Shown one piece after another: positions 1 to 9,458 of a stretch of 64,000 bases of DNA. The DNA is from Escherichia phage BEU50: sequence record OM632671.1; one strand, written 5' to 3'. Numbering within the stretch: position 1 is the stretch's first letter; every line of letters begins with the position of its first letter. The notes below the pieces were generated by a model that saw only the letters and a list, made by a program, of their open reading frames with translations, ran no database searches and was not told the origin of the DNA. Position numbers and translations under genes: made by a program.

Positions 1-54
1 CCCTTTTTGCTTTAGATTTTGGATGATAGAATACCTTCATAACGAGGAGACAAC

Positions 55-1875
55 ATGATTAAAAATGAAATTAAGGTATTGTCAGATGTAGAACATATTA
101 AGAAACGTAGTGGTATGTATATTGGTTCTTCTGCTAAAGAAGCACATGAGCGTTTTTTGTTTGGTAAATATCAACAAGTTGAATATGTTCCTGGTCTGGT
201 TAAATTAATCGATGAGATTATTGACAACTCGGTTGATGAAGCTATTCGTACATCATTTAAGTTTGCAAATAAAATTGATGTGCAAATTAAAAATAATCAA
301 GTTTCGGTGGAAGATAACGGACGTGGTATTCCTCAAGGTTTAGTTACCGACCAAACGGGTGAACAAATTCCTGGGCCTGTAGCAGCCTGGACTATTCCAA
401 AGGCTGGTGGTAACTTTGGTGATGACTCTGAACGCAAGACTGGTGGTATGAACGGTGTAGGGAGTAGTTTAACTAATATCTTCTCTACGTTGTTTACAGG
501 CATCACGTCAGATGGCGAAAATGAAATCACTGTTAACTGTTCAAACGGAATGGAAAACAAATCATGGTCTTCTAAGAAATCTAAAGGTAAAGGCACTAAA
601 GTAATCTTCACTCCTGATTTCTCTTCATTTGAAGAGCATAATTTATCTCAAATTTATTTAGATATTACTTTAGACAGACTTCAAACATTGGCAGTCGTTT
701 ATCCTGATATCAAGTTCACATTTAATGGTAAAAAGGTTGATGGTAATTTTAAACGATTTGCTAAACAATTTGGTGAAGATAACATCATTCAAGAAAATGA
801 TAAAGTCTCTATAGCATTCACAACATCACCAGATGGCTTCCGTCATTTAACTTATGTGAATAACATCCATACTAAAAATGGTGGCCATCATGTTGAATGT
901 GTAATGGATGATATCTGTGAACATCTTTTGCCGGGTATTAAAAAGAAATATAAGGGTATTGAAGTCACTAAAGCTCGTGTTAAAGAATGCCTCACAATGT
1001 TGATGTTTATTAGAGACATGAGCAACATGCGTTTTGATTCTCAGACTAAAGAACGTTTAACGTCAACGTATGGTGATATTCGTAATCATATCCAATTAGA
1101 TGCTAAGAAAATTGCTCAGGCACTTCTTAAAAACGAAGCCTTGATTATGCCTATTGTTGAAGCAGCATTAGCTCGTAAATTGGCAGCAGAAAAGGCTGCA
1201 GAAACTAAAGCAGCTAAAAAGGCGACTAAAGCTAAGGTTCATAAGCATATTAAAGCTAACCAATGTGGTAAAGATGCAGATACGACATTGTTTTTAACAG
1301 AAGGTGATTCGGCAATTGGTTATCTCATTGATGTTCGTGACCGTGAACTACACGGCGGATTCCCATTACGTGGTAAGGTGATGAATAGCTGGGGTATGTC
1401 ATATGCTGATATGATGAAGAACAAAGAGCTCTTTGATATCTGTGCTATCACAGGTCTTATTCTTGGTGAAAAGGCAGAGAATACGAACTATCGTAATATT
1501 GCAATTATGACCGATGCCGATCATGACGGTCTTGGAAGTATCTATCCAGCTTTGCTTGCTTTCTTTAGTAATTGGCCTGAATTGTTTGAACAAGGACGTA
1601 TTCGCTTTGTTAAAACGCCTGTAATTATTGCACAAATTGGCAAAACTCAAAAATGGTTTTATACTGTAGCTGAGTATGAAGAAGCTAAAGATACACTGCC
1701 TAAGCATAGTATTCGATACATCAAGGGATTGGGCTCACTTCAGCGAGATGAATATAAAGAAATGATTCAAAACCCTGTGTACGACGTAGTTAAACTTCCT
1801 GAAAATTGGAAAGAACTATTTGAAATGCTCATGGGTAACGACCCTGAACTCCGTAAAGATTGGATGCTAGGATAA
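55..1875 (+). CDS. 39: DNA topoisomerase II large subunit, unsplit 39/60 form
   Basis: 606 aa ORF with RBS GAGGAG; GyrB-like ATPase N-terminus, Toprim motifs EGDSA and DADHDG. Confidence 0.9.
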   Translation: MIKNEIKVLSDVEHIKKRSGMYIGSSAKEAHERFLFGKYQQVEYVPGLVKLIDEIIDNSVDEAIRTSFKFANKIDVQIKNNQVSVEDNGRGIPQGLVTDQTGEQIPGPVAAWTIPKAGGNFGDDSERKTGGMNGVGSSLTNIFSTLFTGITSDGENEITVNCSNGMENKSWSSKKSKGKGTKVIFTPDFSSFEEHNLSQIYLDITLDRLQTLAVVYPDIKFTFNGKKVDGNFKRFAKQFGEDNIIQENDKVSIAFTTSPDGFRHLTYVNNIHTKNGGHHVECVMDDICEHLLPGIKKKYKGIEVTKARVKECLTMLMFIRDMSNMRFDSQTKERLTSTYGDIRNHIQLDAKKIAQALLKNEALIMPIVEAALARKLAAEKAAETKAAKKATKAKVHKHIKANQCGKDADTTLFLTEGDSAIGYLIDVRDRELHGGFPLRGKVMNSWGMSYADMMKNKELFDICAITGLILGEKAENTNYRNIAIMTDADHDGLGSIYPALLAFFSNWPELFEQGRIRFVKTPVIIAQIGKTQKWFYTVAEYEEAKDTLPKHSIRYIKGLGSLQRDEYKEMIQNPVYDVVKLPENWKELFEMLMGNDPELRKDWMLG

Positions 1876-2672
1876 TGAATTATCGTAAAATTTATGATAA
1901 ACTTATCGCTGCGGCTAAAAACCGCAGCATTATTCCTAATTATACTGAGACACATCATATATTGCCAAAATCTATGGGTGGGAGTAATGATAAATCAAAT
2001 CTAGTTAAAATGACCCCTAGAGAGCATTTTATCGCCCATTTATTGCTTTATAAAATTCATAAGAACCGTTCTATGCTTATGGCTATTAGAGCTTTTTACA
2101 TGGGAGCTAGAAATTCTAGAGATTATGATTGGCTTAAACAAGAATTCTCTAAAGAGCACTCTAGATTTATGAAAGAATGGATTGCTAAAAACGGCAACCC
2201 ATTTAAAGGTAAAAAACATACTAAAGCAACAAGAGAATTAATGTCACATATTGCTTCACAACGTATAGGCGAATTAAATCCATTTTATGGTAAAACTCAT
2301 ACGCAAGAAGCAATAGATAAAATAATACAGGCCAACAAGTTATCTTGGGAGAATGGGCGAAAAGCACCTGTAAAAACAAAAGAACACCAGGATAAAATAA
2401 CTAAATCAAGAATGGAAACATTTAAAACAAAAGGATTTAAACCATACACTCCTAGGTCGGAAGAAACTAAAGCTAAGACTAGAGAGTTGTATAAATCTAA
2501 ATATGAAAGAAGGCCTATAAGAATCACAAGTGTAAAAACAGGTGAAACTATTGATTTTAACTATCTTTATGAATTAAGAGAGTATTTAGATATAGGGTCT
2601 TCTAATATATTGAAAGCATTAAATAATCCTAACAGAACCTGCAAAGGTTATAAAATGTGTTGGATGTCCTAA
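1875..2672 (+). CDS. HNH homing endonuclease (I-TevIII/MobA-like)
   Basis: ATG overlaps gene 39 stop (TAATG); N-terminus MNYRKI shared with intron ORF at 28074; HHILPKSMGG HNH motif. Confidence 0.75.
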   Translation: MNYRKIYDKLIAAAKNRSIIPNYTETHHILPKSMGGSNDKSNLVKMTPREHFIAHLLLYKIHKNRSMLMAIRAFYMGARNSRDYDWLKQEFSKEHSRFMKEWIAKNGNPFKGKKHTKATRELMSHIASQRIGELNPFYGKTHTQEAIDKIIQANKLSWENGRKAPVKTKEHQDKITKSRMETFKTKGFKPYTPRSEETKAKTRELYKSKYERRPIRITSVKTGETIDFNYLYELREYLDIGSSNILKALNNPNRTCKGYKMCWMS

Positions 2673-2696
2673 GCTCCTTCGGGAGCTTCATTTTAA
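2672..2696 (+). terminator. rho-independent terminator hairpin AGCTCC-TTCG-GGAGCT plus T-run
   Basis: perfect 6 bp stem, UUCG loop, followed by TCATTTT. Confidence 0.6.
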
Positions 2697-2714
2697 TTTT
2701 AATAAGGCTTAATT

Positions 2715-3815
2715 ATGAAAGTTATGTTTATCCCATCTCGTGCAGTCCCATTTAATCCTGACCGTGTACAAGGTGGTCTTGAAGCGGTTCATTTGAACGT
2801 GTTGAAATATTTAGTTTCTATCGGTGCCGATATTGATTATATCGGCTTTGATAATGACACGTTTGGTGACTGGAAAGTTACACACCATCCTGTTGGTCAT
2901 CTGACTAAATTCAGTCTAGGTATGAGTTATACTATGGCTCGTAAGATTGTTGAACTAGCCGGCATCCATGAATACGATTTTGTTGTTACTATGGAACCGA
3001 CTAAACTAACCGTTCAGGCAATTAAAGACGCAGGTCTCTCTAAAGTTCATAAGAATTTTATGGCAACACCATTTGAACCAGTATCTCGTGGCATTGTTCA
3101 AATTTGGGACCAGACTATTCAAATTCATAAGAATGGCGGTAAGAGTTATGCTCCTACTAAAGCCTTCCGTGAATTTGAACGCAAATATTGTTATATGACT
3201 TCAGGTCTGACTGACAAAATCGATTATGATTATTGGCGAGCAAATCCGTTGTTTGAAGCCGAAGATTATCCGGTTATTTGTTTGACTGAAAAGCCAGAAG
3301 TTCTCCCGGCAACTGATTTGATTATTAGTGCTCAACGTTATGACACTAAGATGCGTCGCACTGATGTTGCTCTTGAAGCAATTAAAGCACTAGGCGAAAA
3401 TGGTGTAGGATACTGTCCTAGTAAATGGGCACCACCAGCTAAATATCCTGTTATTATTGATGCTCCACACAGTGAAATCATGGAACGTCTTAAAACAGCT
3501 AAAGCACTTATTAATACGTGTCCTGACACAGGTACGGTAGAGAATAGTTCTATTGAAGCCATCTCTAAAGGTGTCCCTGTAATCCAGTTAGTTTTTAAGG
3601 ATTATCCTCATGCGACATTTGAATACGACCCAGATACTGTGCGTGTAGAAATTGATTCCTCTACTCCTAAGAAAGAAGTAGTTGCGCTTTACACAAAAGC
3701 TGTATTAGAATTCACTGACACATACGAAGCTCGAGTTAAACGTGCTGAAGCAGTATGGAAGAAGTATAATCGAGATGCAGTTGTTGCGATGTGGGATAAA
3801 ATCTTCACAGCGTAA
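2715..3815 (+). CDS. hypothetical protein, possible GT-B type glycosyltransferase
   Basis: 366 aa ORF; C-terminal E-x7-EA-x3-G-x-PVI pattern (ENSSIEAISKGVPVI); not at a position of any T4 gene I recognise. Confidence 0.5.
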   Translation: MKVMFIPSRAVPFNPDRVQGGLEAVHLNVLKYLVSIGADIDYIGFDNDTFGDWKVTHHPVGHLTKFSLGMSYTMARKIVELAGIHEYDFVVTMEPTKLTVQAIKDAGLSKVHKNFMATPFEPVSRGIVQIWDQTIQIHKNGGKSYAPTKAFREFERKYCYMTSGLTDKIDYDYWRANPLFEAEDYPVICLTEKPEVLPATDLIISAQRYDTKMRRTDVALEAIKALGENGVGYCPSKWAPPAKYPVIIDAPHSEIMERLKTAKALINTCPDTGTVENSSIEAISKGVPVIQLVFKDYPHATFEYDPDTVRVEIDSSTPKKEVVALYTKAVLEFTDTYEARVKRAEAVWKKYNRDAVVAMWDKIFTA

Positions 3816-3831
3816 ATCCTGAATAGCCTGA

Positions 3832-3882
3832 GGCACTATTACACATAAGATGATAGATTATATGGTCTTTAGTAATAGTGCC
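3832..3882 (+). other. long stem-loop (11 bp perfect stem, about 29 nt loop)
   Basis: GGCACTATTAC ... GTAATAGTGCC inverted repeat in the intergenic gap; no T-run. Confidence 0.4.
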
Positions 3883-3907
3883 CTAGGAATCTACTGAAGA
3901 GAATATT

Positions 3908-4108
3908 ATGAGAACATATAACGTGGACTTGGAACTTTTTGATAAAGCAGTGCTCCGGGAATTCCGGCTTATCCAAAGATTTTTTGATATCGAATCAGCA
4001 GAGTCCTTTAAAGAACGCTTTAAAGAAATTCGATATAAAATACAAACCGATACAGCTACTAAAGAAGAACTTCTTGAAGTAGCAGAAATTTTTAAACGTA
4101 ACTTGTGA
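3908..4108 (+). CDS. small hypothetical protein (rIIA.1 position)
   Basis: 66 aa ORF with ATG and upstream purine-rich RBS. Confidence 0.5.
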   Translation: MRTYNVDLELFDKAVLREFRLIQRFFDIESAESFKERFKEIRYKIQTDTATKEELLEVAEIFKRNL

Positions 4109-4120
4109 TGAGAGAAAAAC

Positions 4121-6178
4121 ATGATTATCGAAACGGCTAAAGAAACGATTATTGGTTCTGGTGGTAAGAGCACAGCATTCACTATTCAAGGCAATAGCAA
4201 AGTTTATAAGATTTTGTCTAATGACCTTTATACAAACAAAGAATTGGCTTGTGTACGTGAATTAATCACAAACTGTATCGATGGACAAATTCTTAATGGT
4301 TGCACTGATAAGTTTATTGTTCAGGCTCCAGGTCGTTTAGACCCACGTTTTGTAGTTCGAGACTTTGGTCCTGGTATGAGTGATTTCACCATTCGAGGTA
4401 ATGACGAAGAGCCAGGAATCTATAACTCATATTTTGCTTCAACTAAAACATCGAGTAATGATTTCATTGGTGGATTCGGACTCGGCTCTAAAGCTCCATT
4501 AGCATATACTGATACGTTTAACATTACTTCTTATCATAATGGTGAAGTTCGTGGTTATGTAATTTATCAAGATGACAGTGGTCCACAAATTAAGCCAACC
4601 TTTGTAGATAAGATGGGCCCTGATGACCGTACGGGTGTAGAAGTAGTTGTGCCTGTTAACCCGGAAGATTTTGAAAAGTTCGCATCTGAAATTGCGTATG
4701 TTATGCGTCCTCTCGGCGATATTGCAGAAGTTCGTGGTGTTAAAGATATCAAATACTTCCCGGAATTCGATGATGTTTATTTAGCCAAGGAAGCTCCATG
4801 GGGTGAACGTGGTAATATCATGGCTGTTTATGGTGGTATTGTATATCCAATCGGAAGTGTTATTAAAGAACAAACATGGATGATGACGCGATGCACTACA
4901 GCTTATATCAAATTCCCTATGGGTGAACTAGATGTAGCCCCGTCTCGTGAAGCATTGTCATTTGATAAACGTACAGTAGCAAATATTCATAAACGTGTTG
5001 CAGAAATTGATGCAAAATTATTTGCTGAAGATTCTAAGAAATGGATTGATTGTGAATATCCACGTCATGTATTCCGTGAAATCGATTCTCTTGGTTACTC
5101 TGCTCGTAAATACATGGAAAAAGCCGGTTCTAATATTGAATCACTGAAATATTCTAAAGAACAACTAACTTATTCTGAGTTGTACAAACGTTTTAAAATG
5201 GGACCTGAATGGTGCAACCTTGGCGTTGTATATGATATCGTTTCAGATCCACGACTTCGTCGTATTCGTGAAAGCGGAAGCTCGTCTGCAACTATTTCAA
5301 TTAATAGCCTGCTAGGTATTAGTCGTAAGCATATTGATATTGTTATTGACGATGTGAAAGGCCGCGTACCAATGATGCGTGCTCTGAACGATGCTTTGAC
5401 TTCCACCGATGCATCAACACTCGTTGATAAGGTTCCTTCCGGACGGGGTAGTAGCGTATTATTCATTAACCCGGAAGATGAAGTTGCAATGAAACTTCTG
5501 GAACGATTAAAGGTTATTTTCGCTGGTGATAGCCTTAAATTTTATAAGACCTCTGAAATTCTTGCATTAGTTAAACCATGGATTGAAGTTAAAGAACGTT
5601 CATCGCAGCCTCGTCCTAAATCCCCAAGTGCTCATCGGTTCTTTAAGAATGAAAACGATGTTTGGGTATCAGAAGATCTCTTTATTCCGGCCGGTAAAGC
5701 TGATGAGATTCAAGGTTATGTTGTAATTCGTAATCGTTCTAACGCTGAATGTCTTGACGCAGATAAAGGTTGGTTGAACTATGATTCTAATTTCTTGACT
5801 CGTATTGCTGATTTGTCAGGTATTAAAGAGTTCACTGTAGTCCGTCCACAGATTGCTAAGAAAGTTCGTAAACTTGGTGAAGTAGAATGCTTGTTCGAAA
5901 AATCAATTAATGACTATATTACGCTAATTGATAAAGTGGATTATGATGAGTATGTATCACCAAGTCGTAGAGCACAGCCTTATTTGAATCATATTACTCG
6001 TAACGAAGAGCTTAACTTCCTTAGTAAGTATTTTAGCTCTAAGAACAAAGAAATCAGTAAAGACTTTGCAAAACTCTCAACAGTAAATAATCGCTGGGGA
6101 TGGAATCGATTCGCAGGTGCTGATAACAGAGACCTGAACAGGAAGTTAGAATTGTGCTTAAAGAGGACTCTTTTGTAG
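4121..6178 (+). CDS. rIIA: rIIA membrane-associated protein, 3-prime end ends at a junction
   Basis: 685 aa; GHKL-like boxes ([19 protein letters not shown]); about 40 aa shorter than T4 rIIA as I recall it. Confidence 0.85.
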   Translation: MIIETAKETIIGSGGKSTAFTIQGNSKVYKILSNDLYTNKELACVRELITNCIDGQILNGCTDKFIVQAPGRLDPRFVVRDFGPGMSDFTIRGNDEEPGIYNSYFASTKTSSNDFIGGFGLGSKAPLAYTDTFNITSYHNGEVRGYVIYQDDSGPQIKPTFVDKMGPDDRTGVEVVVPVNPEDFEKFASEIAYVMRPLGDIAEVRGVKDIKYFPEFDDVYLAKEAPWGERGNIMAVYGGIVYPIGSVIKEQTWMMTRCTTAYIKFPMGELDVAPSREALSFDKRTVANIHKRVAEIDAKLFAEDSKKWIDCEYPRHVFREIDSLGYSARKYMEKAGSNIESLKYSKEQLTYSELYKRFKMGPEWCNLGVVYDIVSDPRLRRIRESGSSSATISINSLLGISRKHIDIVIDDVKGRVPMMRALNDALTSTDASTLVDKVPSGRGSSVLFINPEDEVAMKLLERLKVIFAGDSLKFYKTSEILALVKPWIEVKERSSQPRPKSPSAHRFFKNENDVWVSEDLFIPAGKADEIQGYVVIRNRSNAECLDADKGWLNYDSNFLTRIADLSGIKEFTVVRPQIAKKVRKLGEVECLFEKSINDYITLIDKVDYDEYVSPSRRAQPYLNHITRNEELNFLSKYFSSKNKEISKDFAKLSTVNNRWGWNRFAGADNRDLNRKLELCLKRTLL

Positions 6179-6429
6179 ACCCAGAAATTTTCTACGGTTT
6201 GCGTGCCCGTGAAATTGAAATTGAGCCACAACCTACAGTTAAAATTGAAGGTGGTCAACACCTGAACGTTAACGTTCTGCGTCGTGAAACTCTGGAAGAT
6301 GCAGTTAAGCATCCGGAAAAATATCCGCAATTGACTATCCGTGTATCCGGTTATGCAGTTCGCTTTAACTCTCTGACTCCGGAACAGCAGCGCGACGTTA
6401 TCGCTCGTACCTTTACCGAGAGTTTGTAA
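6154..6429 (+). CDS. GrcA/YfiD-like autonomous glycyl radical cofactor, 5-prime end probably truncated
   Basis: C-terminal RVSGYAVRF glycyl-radical motif, near-identical to E. coli GrcA C-terminal half; only a GTG start available. Confidence 0.75.
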   Translation: MLKEDSFVDPEIFYGLRAREIEIEPQPTVKIEGGQHLNVNVLRRETLEDAVKHPEKYPQLTIRVSGYAVRFNSLTPEQQRDVIARTFTESL

Positions 6430-6650
6430 TGGCAAAGATAATTATTGAAGGTTCTGAAGATGTGCTAAATGCTTTCGCCGAGTGGTTTAGTAATTCAGGT
6501 GAACAACAATTTAATGAAGCGTGGAATATGGGTGATATTGATGGAATTTATCCTACGACAGAAATTTCTGTTCAGGGATATGGCATTCATGAACCTATTC
6601 GTTTAGTTGAATACGATTTATGTACTGGCGAGGAAGTCAAATATGATTGA
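6429..6650 (+). CDS. hypothetical small protein (vs.5 position)
   Basis: 73 aa ORF, ATG overlaps upstream stop. Confidence 0.5.
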   Translation: MAKIIIEGSEDVLNAFAEWFSNSGEQQFNEAWNMGDIDGIYPTTEISVQGYGIHEPIRLVEYDLCTGEEVKYD

Positions 6651-6909
6651 AGATATTAAGGGTTATAAACCACATACCGACGAAAAAATCGGTAAAGTAA
6701 ATGCTATTAAAGACGCTGAAGTTCGTTTAGGACTTATCTTTGATGCTTTATACGATGAATTTTGGGAAGCATTTGATAGCTGTGAAGATGATGAACTCGC
6801 GAAGAATTACGCCGAAAGCCTCGATCAGTTAACTATTGCTAAAACGAAACTCAAAGAAGCAAGTATGTGGGCTTGCCGTGCTGTGTTCCAACCAGAGGAA
6901 AAATACTAA
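6643..6909 (+). CDS. hypothetical small protein, candidate Vs.4/Acb2-like
   Basis: 88 aa from ATG 6643 with RBS GAGGAAG; assigned by synteny (second ORF before regB) only. Confidence 0.4.
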   Translation: MIEDIKGYKPHTDEKIGKVNAIKDAEVRLGLIFDALYDEFWEAFDSCEDDELAKNYAESLDQLTIAKTKLKEASMWACRAVFQPEEKY

Positions 6910-7187
6910 TGGCTCAATTAAGCGCAGGGTTTGGTTATGAGTATTATACTGCCCCTCGTCGTGTATCTGTTGCTCCTAAGAAAATTCAAAGTCTTGATGA
7001 TTTCCAGGAAGTAGTCCGTAACGCTTTCCAGGACTATGCACGCTATCTTAAAGAAGATTCACAGGACTGTCTCGAAGAAGATGAAATTGCTTACTATACG
7101 CAGCGTCTTGAACAGCTCAAAAATCTACATGAGGTTCGTGCCGAAGTTTCAAAGTCTATGAATAAATTGATTAGATTTAAAGAATAA
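6909..7187 (+). CDS. hypothetical small protein (vs.3 position)
   Basis: 92 aa from ATG 6909 with RBS AGAGGAA. Confidence 0.5.
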   Translation: MAQLSAGFGYEYYTAPRRVSVAPKKIQSLDDFQEVVRNAFQDYARYLKEDSQDCLEEDEIAYYTQRLEQLKNLHEVRAEVSKSMNKLIRFKE

Positions 7188-7189
7188 CT

Positions 7190-7219
7190 GTTTACTTTTC
7201 CTCTTGACTGTGGTATAAT
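7190..7219 (+). promoter_or_regulatory. T4-type early promoter
   Basis: GTTTAC, 18 nt spacer, TATAAT; upstream of regB. Confidence 0.65.
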
Positions 7220-7246
7220 TTTTCTATCAGTTAAGAGGAGAATAAC

Positions 7247-7708
7247 ATGACTATCAACACAGAAGTTTTTATCCGTCGAAATAAGCTTCGTCGTCACTTT
7301 GAGTCGGAGTTTCGTCAAATTAACAATGAGATTCGTGAGGCATCAAAAGCAGCAGGGGTCTCATCGTTTCATCTAAAATATTCTCAGCATCTTCTTGATC
7401 GTGCAATTCAACGGGAGATTGATGAGACATATGTTTTTGAATTATTCCACAAAATAAAAGACCATGTTTTAGAAGTTAATGAATTCCTGAGTATGCCTCC
7501 GCGTCCTGACATTGATGAGGATTTTATTGATGGGGTTGAATACCGTCCTGGACGTTTAGAAATCACAGATGGAAATCTTTGGCTTGGATTTACAGTTTGT
7601 AAACCTAATGCGAAGTTCAAAGACCCGTCGCTTCAATGCAGGATGGCAATTATCAATAGTCGTCGTTTACCAGGAAAGGCTTCTAAAGCAGTAATTAAAA
7701 CTCAATGA
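7247..7708 (+). CDS. regB: RegB site-specific endoribonuclease
   Basis: 153 aa, RBS AAGAGGAG; sequence matches RegB as I recall it. Confidence 0.8.
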   Translation: MTINTEVFIRRNKLRRHFESEFRQINNEIREASKAAGVSSFHLKYSQHLLDRAIQREIDETYVFELFHKIKDHVLEVNEFLSMPPRPDIDEDFIDGVEYRPGRLEITDGNLWLGFTVCKPNAKFKDPSLQCRMAIINSRRLPGKASKAVIKTQ

Positions 7709-7715
7709 GGTAAGC

Positions 7716-8261
7716 ATGAGAAAAGCACTACTCGCTGGTCTATTGGCCATTTCAATGATGGCACATAGCTCCGAGCATACTTTCAGTAATGTCCAACTCG
7801 ATAACATGCGTTACGCGTATCAATTCGGGGAACAATTTTCTAAGGATGGAAAATATAAAACACACAAAAACATCCACAAGAGCGGATTGGGTCATATAAT
7901 GGCTGCTATTTTGTGGCAAGAAAGCTCTGCCGGAGTTAATTTAAAATCTAAACCAAAGCATCACGCCTACGGAATGTTCCAAAATTATTTGCCTACTATG
8001 CGAGCGAGAGTTAAGGAACTTGGTTATAATATGACCGATGCTGAAATAAAAAGAATGTTGAATAAACGATCCAATTCAGCTTCCTGGGCGTACATTGAAC
8101 TTTCTTATTGGTTAAATATACATAAGGGCGATATAAGAAAAGCAATATCCTCTTATAATTCGGGATGGAATGTTAAAGCAGGTTCTAAATATGCTTCTGA
8201 AGTCCTAGAAAAGGCTAATTACCTTAAAAATAATAAACTTTTGGAAATAGTAAATGACTAA
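7716..8261 (+). CDS. secreted lytic transglycosylase-like protein (SLT domain)
   Basis: signal peptide; ESSAG, YGMFQ and SYNSGW motifs resembling SLT catalytic motifs. Confidence 0.6.
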   Translation: MRKALLAGLLAISMMAHSSEHTFSNVQLDNMRYAYQFGEQFSKDGKYKTHKNIHKSGLGHIMAAILWQESSAGVNLKSKPKHHAYGMFQNYLPTMRARVKELGYNMTDAEIKRMLNKRSNSASWAYIELSYWLNIHKGDIRKAISSYNSGWNVKAGSKYASEVLEKANYLKNNKLLEIVND

Positions 8262-8595
8262 AATTTTGGTTTTATGTATAGGATTAATTTCATTTTCTGC
8301 GTTAGCAGATACATCATATACTGAAATTAGAGAGTATGTAAACCGTACTGCAGCGGATTATTGCGGGAAAAATAAAGCATGCCAAGCTGAATTTGCGCAG
8401 AAATTAATATATGCATATAAAGACGGAGAAAGAGATAAATCAAGCAGATACAAAAATGATACATTGTTAAAACGATATGCTAAAAAGTGGAATACCTTAG
8501 AATGTTCAGTTGCGGAGGAGAAAGATAAAGCCGCTTGTCATTCAATGGTTGACCGTTTAGTAGATTCTTATAATCGAGGATTGAGTACTAGATGA
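8254..8595 (+). CDS. small secreted protein (vs position)
   Basis: 113 aa with N-terminal signal peptide (…FSALA). Confidence 0.5.
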   Translation: MTKILVLCIGLISFSALADTSYTEIREYVNRTAADYCGKNKACQAEFAQKLIYAYKDGERDKSSRYKNDTLLKRYAKKWNTLECSVAEEKDKAACHSMVDRLVDSYNRGLSTR

Positions 8596-9071
8596 TTGTA
8601 AAATATATCAAGGGCGATATTGTCGCCCTATTTCTTCAAGGTAATATTATTGCGCACGGGTGCAATTGCTTCCACACAATGGGCTCTGGCGTAGCAGGTC
8701 AATTAGCAAGAGCCTATCCCAAAATTTTAGAAATAGATAAAACCACTACCGAGTACGGTTCTCGTGATAAATTAGGCGATATGTCTATTGTTTTTAAACA
8801 TAGTCCTACGGGATTTGGTATATGCTATAACCTGTATACACAATACGAACCGGGTCCTAATCTTGATTATGGTGCTTTAGTAAACTGCATGATAGAATTA
8901 AATCTACAGGCAGAAACCCTTTTGTTTAAACCAGTAATTTACATTCCACGCATAGGTTGCGGTATTGCTGGTGGTGATTGGGATAAGGTTTCTAAATTAA
9001 TCGACATGTTTACTCCTGATATTGATTTAATAGTGGTGGATTATGAAAGTACATTACCCGCATCCGTTTGA
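8592..9071 (+). CDS. macro domain protein (ADP-ribose binding/hydrolase family)
   Basis: 159 aa; IAHGCNCFHTMGSGVAGQ motif typical of macro domains. Confidence 0.7.
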   Translation: MIVKYIKGDIVALFLQGNIIAHGCNCFHTMGSGVAGQLARAYPKILEIDKTTTEYGSRDKLGDMSIVFKHSPTGFGICYNLYTQYEPGPNLDYGALVNCMIELNLQAETLLFKPVIYIPRIGCGIAGGDWDKVSKLIDMFTPDIDLIVVDYESTLPASV

Positions 9072-9255
9072 TCCTAAAAACAAAGTGGAAATTATTCGTC
9101 AATGGGAACGCATTTGCCGTACTAAATGCCCAATTAATAGTCCACATGATGTAGATAAAGACTATATTGGAACATTCGTTGAATATACCTTTATTGATAG
9201 GAAAGGTCGTAAACAACATGTAGAAGAATATTGTTTAAAGGTTACATGGTTATGA
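9043..9255 (+). CDS. hypothetical small protein
   Basis: 70 aa ORF, ATG start, overlaps macro gene end. Confidence 0.35.
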   Translation: MKVHYPHPFDPKNKVEIIRQWERICRTKCPINSPHDVDKDYIGTFVEYTFIDRKGRKQHVEEYCLKVTWL

Positions 9256-9458
9256 GCCAAACTAGTATTCTTAAAAATGCCCATTGTGAAAAGTGTAAGT
9301 GGCCGATTGTTTTTGCTTTATGTAATGATGAAATGGCTTGTGATTTCGATTATTGGTGCTATTGTTCTAATAAAGGATGCATCAATCATAAAGGTGAAGG
9401 ATTTTATTCAGGATTTTATCCTTATCCTGATTTCGTTAAAGAAGGTAAACCGAAATGA
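9246..9458 (+). CDS. hypothetical Cys-rich small protein
   Basis: 70 aa from ATG 9246; CEKC…C…C…C pattern. Confidence 0.4.
   Translation: MVMSQTSILKNAHCEKCKWPIVFALCNDEMACDFDYWCYCSNKGCINHKGEGFYSGFYPYPDFVKEGKPK

Noticed and set aside
333-611. Antisense ORFs inside large genes (333-611 minus, 20884-21069 plus, 47558-47887 plus, 62711-63136 plus and similar)
   Set aside because: They lie entirely within well-supported genes on the other strand and lack RBS or promoter context; most likely chance ORFs.
6180-6429. Host (E. coli) DNA contamination suggested by E. coli-like codons in the grcA-like gene
   Set aside because: The N-terminal half of the protein and many synonymous sites differ from E. 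coli grcA as recalled, and the flanks are phage genes; more consistent with an old acquired phage gene.
7205-7219. TTGACT followed 4 bp later by TATAAT as a sigma70 promoter
   Set aside because: Spacing far too short; the upstream GTTTAC at 7190 with an 18 nt spacer fits the T4 early promoter pattern instead.
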